Counted from the first letter of the stretch, positions 25,055 to 39,150 are shown. The stretch is DNA of 64,000 nt from Octopus sinensis (GCF_006345805.1 NC_043006.1:868001-932000); one strand, 5' to 3'. The notes: a model not told the origin generated them from the letters alone. Program-made: numbers and translations.

Positions 25055-25450
25055 ATACATACATACATACATACATATATACGTACATACATACATACAT
25101 ACATACATACATACATACATACATACATACATGCATACATACATGCATACATACATACGTACATACATACATATATACATATACATACATACATACATAC
25201 GTACATACATACATACATACATACGTACATACATACATACATACATACATACACACATACATAGATACATAGATACATACATACATACATACATGCATAC
25301 ATACATACACACACATACATAAATACATACATACATACATACATACACACATACATACATACATACATACATACATACACACACACATACATACATACAC
25401 ACATACATACATACATACACACATACACACACACACAAACACACACACAC
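25055..25450 (+). repeat. (TACA)n/(CA)n array
   Basis: Directly visible; source of the MYVC ORFs. Confidence 0.95.
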
Positions 25451-26312
25451 ATATACACTATCGCTTCATTTCCTCTCCAGTTAACCTCTTCTTAATCGTC
25501 TGCTTCAGCAAATTTCTCTCTATTTTTCCGCCATTCTATTTCGAGTTTCTCCCCCTCTCCCTCCTCTTTTCCTACTACTCTTTCTCCCCCCCACCCGAAC
25601 CACCAATTTGTCCATTGTTTGTATGACGATGTTCTTGTGTCTATTTAAAACAAATATGTACAAATAAAATGATTATGCGAATAAATCGATAAGTTTCAAC
25701 CAACAAATTCTGACTTTTTTTTTATGTTTGCATGCGGAAGAATAAACAAAATTTACTTAGCAAATTGCACATCTTCAAATAGATGTTTATAATGTTATTA
25801 GTTATACACTGTTTTCAAGATCTTTCTATATATTGTTCTCTAGCACTGAGGTGGAAATTATCTTATCTTTACTTTGTAGAATGAGTTTTATACTGAGAAG
25901 AAAGAAAAATAAAAGAGAAATTTTTAATATTACTAAAGTATAATTATTTAAAGTTTCTAAAATCGTATTTTATCGATATCAAAAAATAGTACAATCCACA
26001 CACCGAAAAAAACAAAAGCAAAAAAACACACGAAATAGCACAAGGCAGAAATAAGAGCAAAAATCTACATTCGTGGAAGATGGCGCATATAAAAGCTGCT
26101 TAAATCTGAAACATGATATAAATAGTATGGTTATACATATATATGTGTATATATGTATATGCATATATATATGGCCCATCTATATATAAGTATAATTAAC
26201 TATTTATGTATGCATATATATGTATATCTAAATATATATATAGGTAGTATTCATATATGCACATATATAATGTATATACATATATATATATTATATATAT
26301 ATATATTATATA

Positions 26313-26378
<66 letters not shown>

Positions 26379-26445
26379 ATCTATCTAAAGAGAGATAAGT
26401 TTAAAATTAACTTAAACTTAAACTTATCTCTCTTTCACTCTTCTT

Positions 26446-26512
<67 letters not shown>

Positions 26513-26933
26513 ACGTGCGCACATTGGTTTATATCTGGCGAATGAGGGACTATCGGTGAATACGTTTTGTACAAGAAATAGCTCTTATTGGGACTGATAT
26601 TGAGTGTTGGCCGCGGAGTCAAGATCTCGCTTGATGCTCGCAATTGCGTGAAACCTGAACCGCAACACATATTCTGTTTCGCTTCATTTCCCATACAAAA
26701 ATCACACATACACACATACATGAATGCATATATACATATGTATGCAAGTATATATATATATTATATATATATATATATACATGCATACATACATACATGC
26801 ATACATACATGTATATATATATATCTATATATAACCTGTCCTTGTATGAAACGATCGTACTAAAAACCTATCCATTCTTGTTGCTTCTTCTCGCTTATCT
26901 ATATATATATATATATATATGTATAGGTATATA

Positions 26934-27008
<75 letters not shown>

Positions 27009-27292
27009 AATGTTGGAAAATGAAATGAACAACGTGCTTTATTTAGATTCTCTACAGTTGCTTTGACACATTTCTACACCCGTAGTACATTGGTGAGATG
27101 TGTAATCATTATCATCCATACAATATGTAAAATGCGCGTCCTCGGTTGATTGTTTGATTAAATGAATCATGAGATCCTAGAGTCACTTCACTCAGTCTGA
27201 CAATACATACACAAAGCGTTGCGTAATAATGACGAAATATCTACATCTACCATCCTCGATCACTTCAAAAGAGTTCTCTCAGTTTGTCTGTT

Positions 27293-27338
<46 letters not shown>

Positions 27339-27629
27339 CGTGTGTGTGTGTGTACATTAGAGACACATGCAAAGGTAACTATACATATGGCGTTTGTTGA
27401 GGGCGCTGTTTTGAAACAGTAAGAATCTGTATCCTTGTCATTGACGCATTTCATAGAAAGACGCAAATTGCTCTATTCTGTACCCTAACGAGCCAGAAGA
27501 CTATAGAATCAGAAATATCTTGTTATCAAAGTCTTTGAAAGTAGTCTGACTAGAGAAACTAAAGTTCCCGCCAAACAAACTCGAGTTCTTGACTTGGATA
27601 CAAAATGTAACAGCATATATTCTAGCGTG

Positions 27630-27875
27630 ACCATATTCATGAAATCTAGGTATTATACACCATATCAATTATATCTAGTACAACACCCACGATATCTAAG
27701 TACTATATAAACCATATCTAATTACCGTACAAGCCATATCTAGGTACTGTGTTATATCTAGTTACCATATAAACATCTCCAATGAACATACAAACATATC
27801 TAACAGCCGTATAATACATCATATCCAGGTAACATGACCACCATATCTAGGAAATATAGCAAGCATATCTAGGTG
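27630..27875 (+). repeat. Degenerate ~21-23-bp minisatellite with a CATATCTAG core
   Basis: About ten xATATCTA(G/A) cores at roughly regular spacing. Confidence 0.6.
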
Positions 27876-29410
27876 CAATTCAGCGATACCAAGTAGTGGC
27901 AGCATGTAGTTTATTATTTAACATTAGTTTACAGGCGTGCATTTGAATTCTCCTCTGAGATTGGAATGGAGAACAGGAAAATCATAACAATGTATTCTAC
28001 CTTCATACAGGGCAGATATCAGTTGAGTTAAGAAGAGTTCAATTTCTGAAAAAATGGGCAAAACTTTTAAACTATTTGTAAGTGAAATAGGTAAATGGAA
28101 CAGCGGTAGAAACCCTTTAAGGAGTGACCATTTTTGTTTAAGGGAGCACATTTAATTCATCGTTCAATTTAACACCATTATCAGATTTAGGATTTTGGAG
28201 TCATTTGTGGAGGTCACACTTTGGCAAGCTTGTAGACCAGTTCTCTAGTCTAAGGATAACTTACTCCCTTTCTTCCTACTGATATCTCAGCCCCTAAATG
28301 TTGCATGGGCGCTGGCATTCTACTTTGATTTAAGCTATTAAAAATATCTTGTTATGAAATGTTCTAACGCAATTGCTGGTTGAATATATTAGCGATAAAA
28401 ACAGTAGAAATTCGAACGCTGGTACCCTATATAAGAAATCAATACTGACTACGGATACACTCAACATATTCCTGCTGACATAATACTAAGTGTTTTGTTG
28501 TCTGTTGACTCATAGCACCACCACTACGATCATTTAGATTAGTTTTACAATCACCAGCTCAATACAGCAGCAACAGAATTATTTATTCATGACGTCACCT
28601 GTACTGTATGTTCCCTGTCTTGATGAGAAGTTAGTCATAAACTTGTACGTCGATTTATGTTAGGTGTTGGTAACACTGTTGTTGGTAACAGCTGTCATAA
28701 TTTATAGATGAAAATTCACCCATTTCAAATTCTGACGAAATCAACGTTGCTTTCCATCTTTCTGGAATCGATGCAAATGAACACCAGTCAAGGACTGTGA
28801 TCGATCTCCTCCACTGTTCAGTTCTCAGAAAATATATGAACTTGAGCATTAAGTTAGAAGTCATGCATTAAATCACAAATATATAAAAAAAGTATCGGTG
28901 TATTTTCTTCAGCGCTGCATAACGAACATAGGTTCAGTTTTTTTCTTTTGGGTTTCACTAGAAATATCTAAGCCAATGCCCGTTTTTCTTTTCACCCATT
29001 TTCAAAACAGTCTGGTGTAATCTAAGTGTGATTTTCACTGCTATTTCTAGAGGATTCAACAACCACGTACAGGTTCCCTTGCTGAGATGAGATGCTATAT
29101 CCTACTGCAGAACGAAGAGTGTCATTAAGCTTCCCTTATTGTTTTGTTTTTACTCTTTAGGCATAAAAGTCAAATCTTTCATTTCGTTTCAGAAAAAATA
29201 AAGACTATGCCTAGTGGAAAGCTAAATAAACACAAGATTGACAGATCAATATCATAAGATAACGAAATATATTTTCACAAAGTAGCAGATTATGTTATTA
29301 GATAGAAGAAATCGAAAAACATCCAGTAAACTATATATTATATATATATATATATATCTGTTTGTTGTCTACACCACCTGTCTTCGTCTTTTGTTATTTT
29401 GTGAATTCTC

Positions 29411-29500
<90 letters not shown>

Positions 29501-29529
29501 GTGGTGTGTGTATGTGTGTGTTAGTGTGC

Positions 29530-29570
<41 letters not shown>

Positions 29571-29573
<3 letters not shown>

Positions 29574-29980
29574 TCTTACTCTTTTACTCTTTTACTTGTT
29601 TCAGTCATTTGACTGCGGCCATGCTGGAGCACCGCCTTTAGTCGAGCAATCGACCCCGGGACTTATTCTTTGTAAGCCCAGTACTTATTCTATCGGTCTC
29701 TTTTGCCGAACCGCTAAGTGACGGGGACGTAAACACAGCAGCATCGGTTGTCAAGCAATGCTAGGGGGACAAACACAGACACACAAACACACAGATACAT
29801 ATATACATACATATATACATATATACGACAGGCTTCTTTCAGTTTCCGTCTACCAAATCCACTCACAAGGCCCGGGGCTATAGCAGAAGACACTTGCCCA
29901 AGATTCCACGCAGTGGGACAGAACACGGAACCATGTGGTTGGTTAGCAAGCTACTTACCACACAGCCACTCCTGCACCTA
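29571..29980 (-). mobile_element. SINE family B, full length, inside (TA)n
   Basis: Reverse complement of the 44325-44770 copy: tRNA-like head, internal microsatellite, (GTAAAAGA)n tail. Confidence 0.9.
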
Positions 29981-31195
29981 TATATATATATATATTTCTT
30001 CAGACATTTGGAAACGTTTGCTTCCAAATGTCTGGAAAAATAGACGTACATTATAAAACCAATTAATTCATAAATGCATGTCCAACTGTGTTGAATGGTA
30101 CTTCAGTTCCTTTCTCCACTCAGTCGAGCATCTGTCTGTCTGTTCAGGATTGATTGTAGTTTGGTCTTAATTTATTTTGGTGACAATTTATTCTAACACT
30201 CAATTGTATTTTTACCTTGAAAAATTATATCAAGGTAGCAGGTAGTTCTAATTAGAAAGAAGAAAAACATTGACCGTGTTACTCCATAGAGAAACCTAAT
30301 CTGTTAACTGCTGCCCAAATTGAACTCGTACCCCTGGATTACTCATCGTGTTGTGGTTCTAATCTGTAAGCTTGCCACCATAGCATAATGTTGATTTGCC
30401 AATGCGACACGTTAAGAGTTCAACAAAATTAAAGTCTTTTTGTTTGACTCTGTTTATCTGCCAGTGACTTTTATACAGCTTTCTGCTTAAGGATTTTGTT
30501 CCAGCAATCAAGATTCCGACTAAGCTCTGACAACCAGACACTGATTAATTAAGATTGATTTTTCACTGAAATGGTAAAATAAAACACTAATAAAACTCTG
30601 GATAAATTTCTTCCAGTATTTAGTCGTTTCTACGTACTCAGTTCAGAACCGGACAGAATCAATCAGATATATATCACATCTATCACATGACTAATTCATA
30701 TGTATGAATTAGTCATCCAATACACATGCGTATTAGTCATGTAATGAGATTGGACTACATACCACTTCTACATGTCCGCGATCTCATGTCAATACAAAAA
30801 ACTATGAATTGAGACGTCTCAACTATTTATGAGAAAAGTGAAAGACCCCTTCATTAAGCATGAAGCTACATGTGGAGACAAGTCTGAATAAAGGAAACAA
30901 CTTTCTGTAGAACAGAACTAAAAGGACCTGATGCTGACTACTTGACTGGCGTAGTGTACTCTGCATTAAGCAATACTGGACTGGCTTTCATGTTCACCCC
31001 AGAAAGAAACCCAAGTTCTTAATAGAACTCCAATACAGAATATTGTGATCTGTATATGTTTCTGTACTTATCTTGGTAACCTCTCCACCATGTCTCAGAA
31101 ATTAAACTTCAAATAGGCACTGGATATCTTTACTGTGTAGATATGGAAGCCGACAATTGCAGAGACAGCCGTAATTGCACAGCTATGTATAAACA

Positions 31196-31326
31196 CTTGT
31201 GTAGTTAAGACGTTAGTTTCGCAAATCAAACAAATTTGAGTTCGATCAGTGTGACATTTTTAGAAAGTATCTTCTCCCATAGCCTTGGCTACACTACTGA
31301 TTTTCGCCGGAGTCTGCGTGGAAGCT
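31196..31326 (+). mobile_element. Old SINE-B-like 5' half running into the (CTAT)n array
   Basis: TGTGTAGTTAAGACG..GAGTTCGATC..AAGTATCTTCTCCCATAGCCTTGG aligns loosely to the SINE-B head. Confidence 0.4.
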
Positions 31327-31331
31327 TATCC

Positions 31332-31390
<59 letters not shown>

Positions 31391-31392
31391 AT

Positions 31393-31453
<61 letters not shown>

Positions 31454-31455
31454 AT

Positions 31456-31502
<47 letters not shown>

Positions 31503-31536
31503 CTATCTACCTACCTATCTATCTATCTATTTCTAT

Positions 31537-31579
<43 letters not shown>

Positions 31580-31584
31580 CCTAC

Positions 31585-31660
<76 letters not shown>

Positions 31661-31773
31661 TCTATCTACCTACCTATCTATCTATCTATCTATCTATCTA
31701 CCTACCTATCTATCTCATCTATCTTCTATCTATCTATCTATCTATCTATCTACCTACCTATCTATCTATCTCA

Positions 31774-31835
<62 letters not shown>

Positions 31836-31859
31836 CCTATCTATCTATATTATCTATCT
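31327..31859 (+). repeat. (CTAT)n array, 5' flank of the Tx1 element
   Basis: Directly visible, ~530 bp. Confidence 0.95.
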
Positions 31860-32080
31860 CACAATGGACGGACGCTAGTCATATCGGCTCCAAGTAAGTT
31901 GGCCACTTTTACATGTTTAAAAACTCCTTGTTGTCAAATATTTTGTTTTAATCGTTGTGCAAATTCATTCACTAAAAAACCTGAGAATTATTCACGTAGA
32001 ATTCCGCCCCTGTATGGGCGAAATTACAAAAAAAACGTTCAAAACTTTCGTGGGTTTTTTAGCCATTTTTCATTTTGAAA

Positions 32081-34076
32081 ATGGCAACTAGAAACCACGT
32101 GGCTAGCCCGCCAGTCATGCAGAACGGTAGCAAAACACTATGCTACCACTAGCTGCTAACATCGCAGCGTGAACACCCTGTCACCACCATCACCACCACC
32201 AACAACACAACAACAAATCTAACGTCGCATTCACCATCGCCGCGACCAAAGACATTAACTTAGATTTCCCCTCACTCCCCACACCACTTGTTGATGATAA
32301 AGGGACAGAGAAAGGGATTTCAAAAATGAATACAAACGAAAACATGAATGCCAGCACCACCACCATCACCACCAACAACAACAACAACGAAATTGGCACA
32401 AAGCCGCCTACCAAAGACAACACCGCCAACACCAACACCACTACTACGACGTCAAATGCTACATCCAAGCCTTCTGCTGCTAATACCGCCAACACCAACC
32501 ACTACCATGACTTCAATTAACACTGCCACAATTAACACTTCTACTGCCAAATTCAAAACGAATTTTGCGGACGTAACAAAACAAAAAAGAACAATTGTAA
32601 CATTCACACACAAGAGATAAACCGCACAAGGCACTCTTCTCCAAAGAAGGAGACAAATTGCACCTTCATATTCCACAAACATCGTGGAAAACACGCAAAA
32701 AAAAACAATAATTTATAAAGTAATAAACAAAAAAACAAGAAGAACAGAAAATGCACCGCAGGAAAAAATCGATAAATGCCTTCGTCCTGTATGGGACTCC
32801 AAGGAATATATCAGTTGGGGAAACAAATTTGGTACAGTCCAAGTACGTTTCCTCAACGAAAGTTTAGCAAAACGTTTTTCCACATTGGAGCTACATTCGG
32901 ACGACTTGGTAATGATACCAGTCTATTTAAACAAAAGGGTCACGAAAGTCCAAATAAAAAACATACCATTTGATGTCGAAACACAATGGGTGGTCTCTGC
33001 CATCTGCTTTGAAATGTCAGAGACAATGTCAGAGACAAACATCCTGGAAATCGCGGTTCTAGGAGAGAAAGACTATGTGGGCAAATCAATCGAATTCCTG
33101 CTTCAATTGGATGAAGCAGCAAGAGAGAAGATACCCACCGCTATAGAACTGCCAGGAGGCTACAAACTCTATATAGTGGTAGAGGGCAGGCGACCACGCT
33201 GCTATTTGTGTGGAAGCGAAACACACTTGAAAAAGACGTGCCCAACCACTGCACACCAAGAGCAACAACAACAACCACTACCACAACCAAAGCACTCCGG
33301 AAAAAAAGCTCTACTACCCACACCACCATCAACAGAGAGACGACAAGAGAAGCACACCAAGCTAATCCGTCATCAACCAAAAACCACTCGACACCTGAAA
33401 AAATACCAACACCACCATCAACAGCAAAACCCAAAGGAACAGAAAAACAAAGAAAACACACACAAACTGATCCCCCATCCCTTATACCGCACTCAACACA
33501 CACAAACACTCAACAACCAACAACAACGAAAACAACAACACAACCACTTACACAGACATACATAGAAGCCCACAACATACCCCTACCCCCTTCTGATTCC
33601 TCAGAAATTTCGTCGGAAGACGAAACCAGTGAGGAATGGCAAATAGCTACAAAAAGAAGGAAAATAAAGAGCAGAAACACAACCAAACCAAATGCAAACA
33701 CGAACAAAGCAGGGGGAAATACATCTCCCGAAGACATTTCAAAACCCAACGCAAACAACAGCCACACCAAACACACAAAAACATATACAGCAAACATGCT
33801 CACAGCCATAGACACCAAAACACAAATTTGATGGAATACATCCAATCAAAAACAAACATAACAGAAGATGACATAAAAACAAACAACCACCCATACACAA
33901 CACCACCAGACCACATCAAAATAATACACATCTCCAAAAGTCTGCACCACACACTCAAAGGCATTTTCCCCAGTGCGGTGGTAAATGCCAAAAATATCTC
34001 ACAAAGAAACTGTACTGGGATCTTCTCGAGGACAAACCAACGGAGGAGAAAGCAAAAACTTTCGAGCAGTAAGTAA
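32081..34076 (+). pseudogene. Tx1 ORF1 (gag-like; RRM-like region, CX2CX4HX4C knuckle, low-complexity T/N/Q/H/P tails), frameshifted
   Basis: DFPSLP, VQVRF..KVQIKNIP.., CYLCGSETHLKKTC (ORF 32684..33565), SEEWQIATKRRK. Pieces in ORFs 32326, 32348, 32684, 33208 and 33636. The start codon at 32081 is tentative. Confidence 0.7.
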
Positions 34077-34103
34077 CCCTCTGTATTCTAATTCATTAGA
34101 ACT

Positions 34104-37100
34104 ATGATCAAGATTGGTTGTGTAAATGCGCGTGGCTTGGGGTCCCCTTGGAAACAAGGGTACCTCTTAAATGACATAAAGTCACATAAGTTAGAAATCA
34201 TAGCCATAAGCGAGACCAGACTCCACAATCCGCGGGCCCTAAAGACCATGTTTGGCGGACAGTTCAACATTTATTTTTCCCCCTGTCTGCCGAGAATGGG
34301 CGGTAGTGGCACCGCGGTACTTTTTCACAAGAGTCTGGATCTCAATGTAAGGACAATATTCGTAGACCCGGAGGGTAGACTGGTCGTCCTGGATGTCGAC
34401 GGCAGCAATGGGTGCGCTTTTCGACTCGTATCAGTTTACGCACCGCCCTTAACAGGTCGGGCGGATTTCTTTCAACGTCTAGAAGTTTTCTTGGGAACGT
34501 CTCGTCCTTTACTCTTAGTGGGGGATTGGAATGCTACCTTGGACACGCATGTAGACTACGTGGGTAGAGATAGGAATAGACGGGGATGCAAATGCCTCAG
34601 AGACCTGCTCAGACGCTTTCAACTGTCTGACAGGTTTCGACTAGACCACCCGAATGCGCCAACGTGGACATGGAGCAACCGCATCGGGTCGTCGAGATCG
34701 TATCTAGATAGGATACTGTGTAGGACAGTAGATAGAGATAGCATAGGATGTCCACAATTCCACATAGTCAGCTACACGGATCACAAACTTGTGACATGTA
34801 CGCTAGACTTAGGTAAGACACTTAGGCAGGGTCCCGGATACTGGAAACTAAACGCGTCTTTCCCATCGAGACAAGTTTTCAGAGACCGGATTAGCACACT
34901 AGTAAAGAGGGCTTTGACGGGAGCCATCATCAACAACAAATGGTGGTTTGCCCTCAAGAGAGCAGTAAAAGCAGAAGCGATTAGGTACAGCAAAGCACTA
35001 GCCATAGATAGAAATAGAGTAGAGGGTGAGCTAGTTAAGAAGCTAGAAGAGGCAATTAGAAGCGGCATCGCATCCGACGTTTTGGCGGCGAGGTTGGCCC
35101 TCGACCAACACTTCAACGCCAAACACGAAGGATGTGCTGTCAGAGCTAGGATGCGTGCTCTAAGGAACGAAGGTGTTGGAGCCGCGAGAGAGGCCGGGTG
35201 GCAGAGGCGCAACAGGGCAACAAAGCCACCATTCGGTCACTGGTAGATGAACAGGGGCGCGAATTGCTCGAGCCAAGTAAAATGTGTGAGGCCTTTCAGC
35301 AGCATTTTGCCCGACTGTTCGGAACGAGTGGAGGGCAAGAACGTAGGGTGGACTTCAGTGCCTACCTACATAGCCTACCACGACTCTCGACAAGAAAGGC
35401 AGGGTGCTGCGAAGGTGCCATCACGGCGGCGGAAGTGCGGGAAGCGATGGCAGAATGCTCGAGGGACAAATCACCGGGTTTGGATGGTCTACCCTACGAG
35501 CTTTACAATTGTATGCCAGACTTGTTTGGAGATCTCTTGGCGGCGGTGTACTGCAACTGGCAGCAAAACGGGAGCATTCCTGGTTTTGTGAGCCGAGGAG
35601 CCGAACACTGCTGAAGAAAGATCTAAACAAGGGAAATGTAATAGATAACTTTAGGCCCATCACTCTGCTTAATGCAGACTTGAAAATTTTGGCCAAGGTG
35701 CTAGCCAAGAGGTTGGCGCTTGTCATCGAGAAACTGGTCGACAAGGCGCAAACATGCGCCGTGCCAGGCCGGACCATCCATGACAACCTCCATCTGATGC
35801 GCTACATCATAGACAGGGTAGTTAACGAACCTGGCATGGGTGGGGCCCTGATCAACTTGGATCAATCAAAAGCCTTTGATAGGGTAGACCATCGATACTT
35901 GGAGGCAGTCCTGAGAGCGGCTGGTTTCGGTCCCGTCTTCCGCGGCTGGATAGCTGCCTTGTACAGAGGCATCCGTTCGGTAATTCGCGTAAATGGACAT
36001 CTATCGAGACCTTTCGACATTGCACGTTCGGTCCGTCAGGGATGCCCCCTCTCGGCGCTTCTATACGTATTGACTCTGAGCCACTACTGCGGAAGCTGGC
36101 GACTCTAAGGGGCATCCCGCGAGAATTGGGATGCGGGACGAGCGTGTCTGCATACGCGGACGACGTCACCGTCATAGTGTCTAGCCACGAGCACATCGAG
36201 CTGGTCGGCGAGACACTGAAAAACTACGAAGCGGTGACAGGAGCGAAAATCAACCGGGAAAAGTCAGTGGGCTTGCGACTAGGCACCTGGAGAAGCAAGC
36301 CCATGCCGTCCACCAGCGCCTCCGTCGTGGGACGCTGGACCGACGGCCCGGTTGAGTTGCTCGGGGTCTGGTTTGGTCCGGACCTCCAAGTGGAGAAGAA
36401 CTGGAACGAGATAACGAGTAGGGTGGTCACTCTCGCCCGGCAATGGGCCGAGAGGAAACTGTCCCTAAAAGGTCGAGCGGAGGTGGCGAACACGTACATC
36501 GCGTCCGTCATCTACTACCGCCTGACCGTCGTACCTTGTCCCGACCCTACCATCACCAAACTACAACGCATCCTCTTTCGCTTCTTGTGGAAAGGATGCG
36601 TCCCGATGGTCAGGCGATCCATTTGCTGTCAACACCCGTTAAAAGGAGGGCTGGGCATGCCGTGGTTGATGATGCGCAGACACGCGCTGAGACTGCGACA
36701 TCTCTGGCTCTATGTAGACGACGGTGAACAGGTGTGGTCGCCGTTTGTGAGGCACGCTTTCCCGCAGCTCGTCTCCATGACCGAACTGCAGTCGTGGATC
36801 AAAAAGAGGCCGAGGAAGGGCGAATGGCACCGCGAGTGTCGCGTCGCGTTGCTCAAGCAACTCTGCCGTCCTGGGTCGACCTTAAGTGACTTCAACACAA
36901 CCAAAGCATTCTATAGGGGTTTAGTGGAGGGGAGGTACGACGACGAGCTCGGGGCGAACCTGGACGTCGACGAGGAGTACCTGACCCGCCTGTTCGGGAC
37001 GACTTTCGGGCCAGGGCCCATGGACAACTTCCAGAGATCCCTGGCCTGGCAGTGCTACGAGAAGCGCTACCCGTTCGGGATAAGCTCTACAGACACGGCT

Positions 37101-37541
37101 CGAGAAACACGGGGCCGACCTGCCCGAGATGCGGTCAGAGCGCGACGAAACCGTTCTGCACGCACTCGTTCAGTGTCCAACAATTTCCGACCTGTGGGCT
37201 TATGTCGAACAACTGCTGTCACGTGTGGGACGAGTCGGTTTATCAGCTGAGTCTATCGTCAATATTGTCACGCCTCCTTCCTTCAAACGGAAGGAAGAGC
37301 TATTTTCATCATCCTTGTGGCTATGGCGAAAGAATGTATCTGGTGGACGCGTCTGAAAGGATTGGAGACAAACACTTTCCTCTCTGGTCAATCTCTCATC
37401 AACTTCTTCAAGTACCACTTGAAAAGGAAAGTGAGAGTAGAGAGGCAAGTTTTGTCTAGCGAATGTTTTAAAAAAAGATGGGTGAATGTAGCAAGAATGG
37501 CACGTATGAATGACGAAGCCACCTTGAGCATAGTCCTATGA
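34104..37541 (+). pseudogene. Tx1 ORF2: AP endonuclease + reverse transcriptase + C-terminal zinc finger; six frameshifts and no in-frame stop in the reconstructed frame
   Basis: CVNARGL, ISETRL, SVYAP, GDWN, YLDRIL, TDHKLV, PGYWKLN, SPGLDG, FRPITLLNADLKILAKVL, DQSKAFDRVDH, RQGCPLS, YADD, CPRCG..ETVLHALVQC. Confidence 0.92.
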
Positions 37542-37861
37542 ACCCAGAAATCGAAAACAGAGAGTTGCTTATTTGCAAAAAAAAAAAAAAAAAAAAAAAA
37601 AGAAATATAAAATGTGACTTCATTGACCGAGGTTACCGTGGTCTTTTCCGTAGGCTTTTCTTTCCACGGGTAAACCTCACCTGTCCTCCCCTTTACACTT
37701 CATATTGACATTTCTGTGATAACGATCCCTATTGATCATTTTTTTTTTTCTTTTTTTTTCTTCCCCCTTTTTTTTTTTTTTTTTTTTTACCCCTTTTTTT
37801 TTTTTTTTTTTTTTTGTCCTTTTCTCTCCTTTTACGATCCCTTTTGATCGAACCTCCTTCC

Positions 37862-37895
<34 letters not shown>

Positions 37896-37966
37896 CCTTC
37901 AAAAGAAAAGCTCTACCTTGTAATTTGTTCTATCTGTGTGCAGCCCTGTGTGGCTAATAAAGAAAC

Positions 37967-37982
37967 CATCTATCTATCTACC

Positions 37983-38033
<51 letters not shown>

Positions 38034-38038
38034 CCTAC

Positions 38039-38097
<59 letters not shown>

Positions 38098-38160
38098 TAT
38101 CTATCTACCTACCTATCTATCTATCTATCGTATCTATCTATCTATCTATCTATCTACTAC

Positions 38161-38199
<39 letters not shown>

Positions 38200-38233
38200 T
38201 TATCTCTATCTATCTATCTATCTATCTACCTAC

Positions 38234-38278
<45 letters not shown>

Positions 38279-38290
38279 ATCTATCTATCC
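37967..38290 (+). repeat. (CTAT)n array, 3' flank of the Tx1 element
   Basis: Directly visible, ~325 bp. Confidence 0.95.
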
Positions 38291-39034
38291 TATATCCATT
38301 TCTGTCTCATACCACACGCACCAAAACACACGCACACACATACACACAACACCGCACCGCACCAGCACACACAAACACACATACGTACATGCATGTATAT
38401 ATTGATATGTGTGCGCCTGTGTATGTGTGTGTAAGTGCGTGCATGTGTGTGTTTGTGTTTCTGTGTATGTGTGAGTGTGTGTGTGGTATTTGTTTTGCAT
38501 CGAGTTATTCAAAAACCCGTTTGGCACTATCAGCGTCAGAAATGCAGATATTCAGCGAGTGAATCGTTGGCTGACTATAATCAACGACGCTAATGTTAAC
38601 CTTTTTGTATTATAAAAGGAAAAGGAGTTGTTTTGGAGAAAAACGGCAACTTTGTTCCCCAAGATAATGAACCAGAGAATCGATATAACCCGAGGAGTTT
38701 CACAATTAATATATGAAACTAATTATATTTCTGTATACATAAATATATTAACACACAAATTATATTCACTTGATTGCCATGTCAACATTTAAATTAATTA
38801 AGTAATTAAGTGCGGACAATTTAATTACAACTGTTAGCAGTTTCTCCTATATGTACTGGCATGGTTTAACAGTTAAAGAAGCTCACCGTTTAAGTAAATG
38901 CCTTCACGTTCAATACTACAGCATGGCTGCTTATGCAAATGACTTCTATTTAGACCCAGGCCAACAAATGGCTTGTGAGTGAAACTGCGTAGAAATCCGG
39001 CGTATATGTATGTGTGTATCTATCCATCTCTCTT

Positions 39035-39096
<62 letters not shown>

Positions 39097-39150
39097 ATAT
39101 ACATATACATACATATATATAAAGATAGATAGATAGATAAATAGATAGAT

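Larger units (their letters stand above)
31860..37966 (+). mobile_element. Near full-length L1-superfamily, Tx1-clade LINE
   Basis: 5' UTR, ORF1 with a CCHC knuckle, ORF2 with APE-RT-zinc finger, and a 3' UTR ending AATAAA-GAAAC (37956-37966). (CTAT)n on both sides. Confidence 0.9.

Noticed and set aside
27630-27875. CRISPR-like repeat-spacer array
   Set aside because: Eukaryotic context, degenerate 8-9-nt cores, short spacers and no cas genes.
37577-37601. Poly(A) as the 3' end of the Tx1 element
   Set aside because: Unique sequence continues to an AATAAA at 37956 directly before the flanking array, so the A tract looks internal. This could be overturned by comparing other copies.
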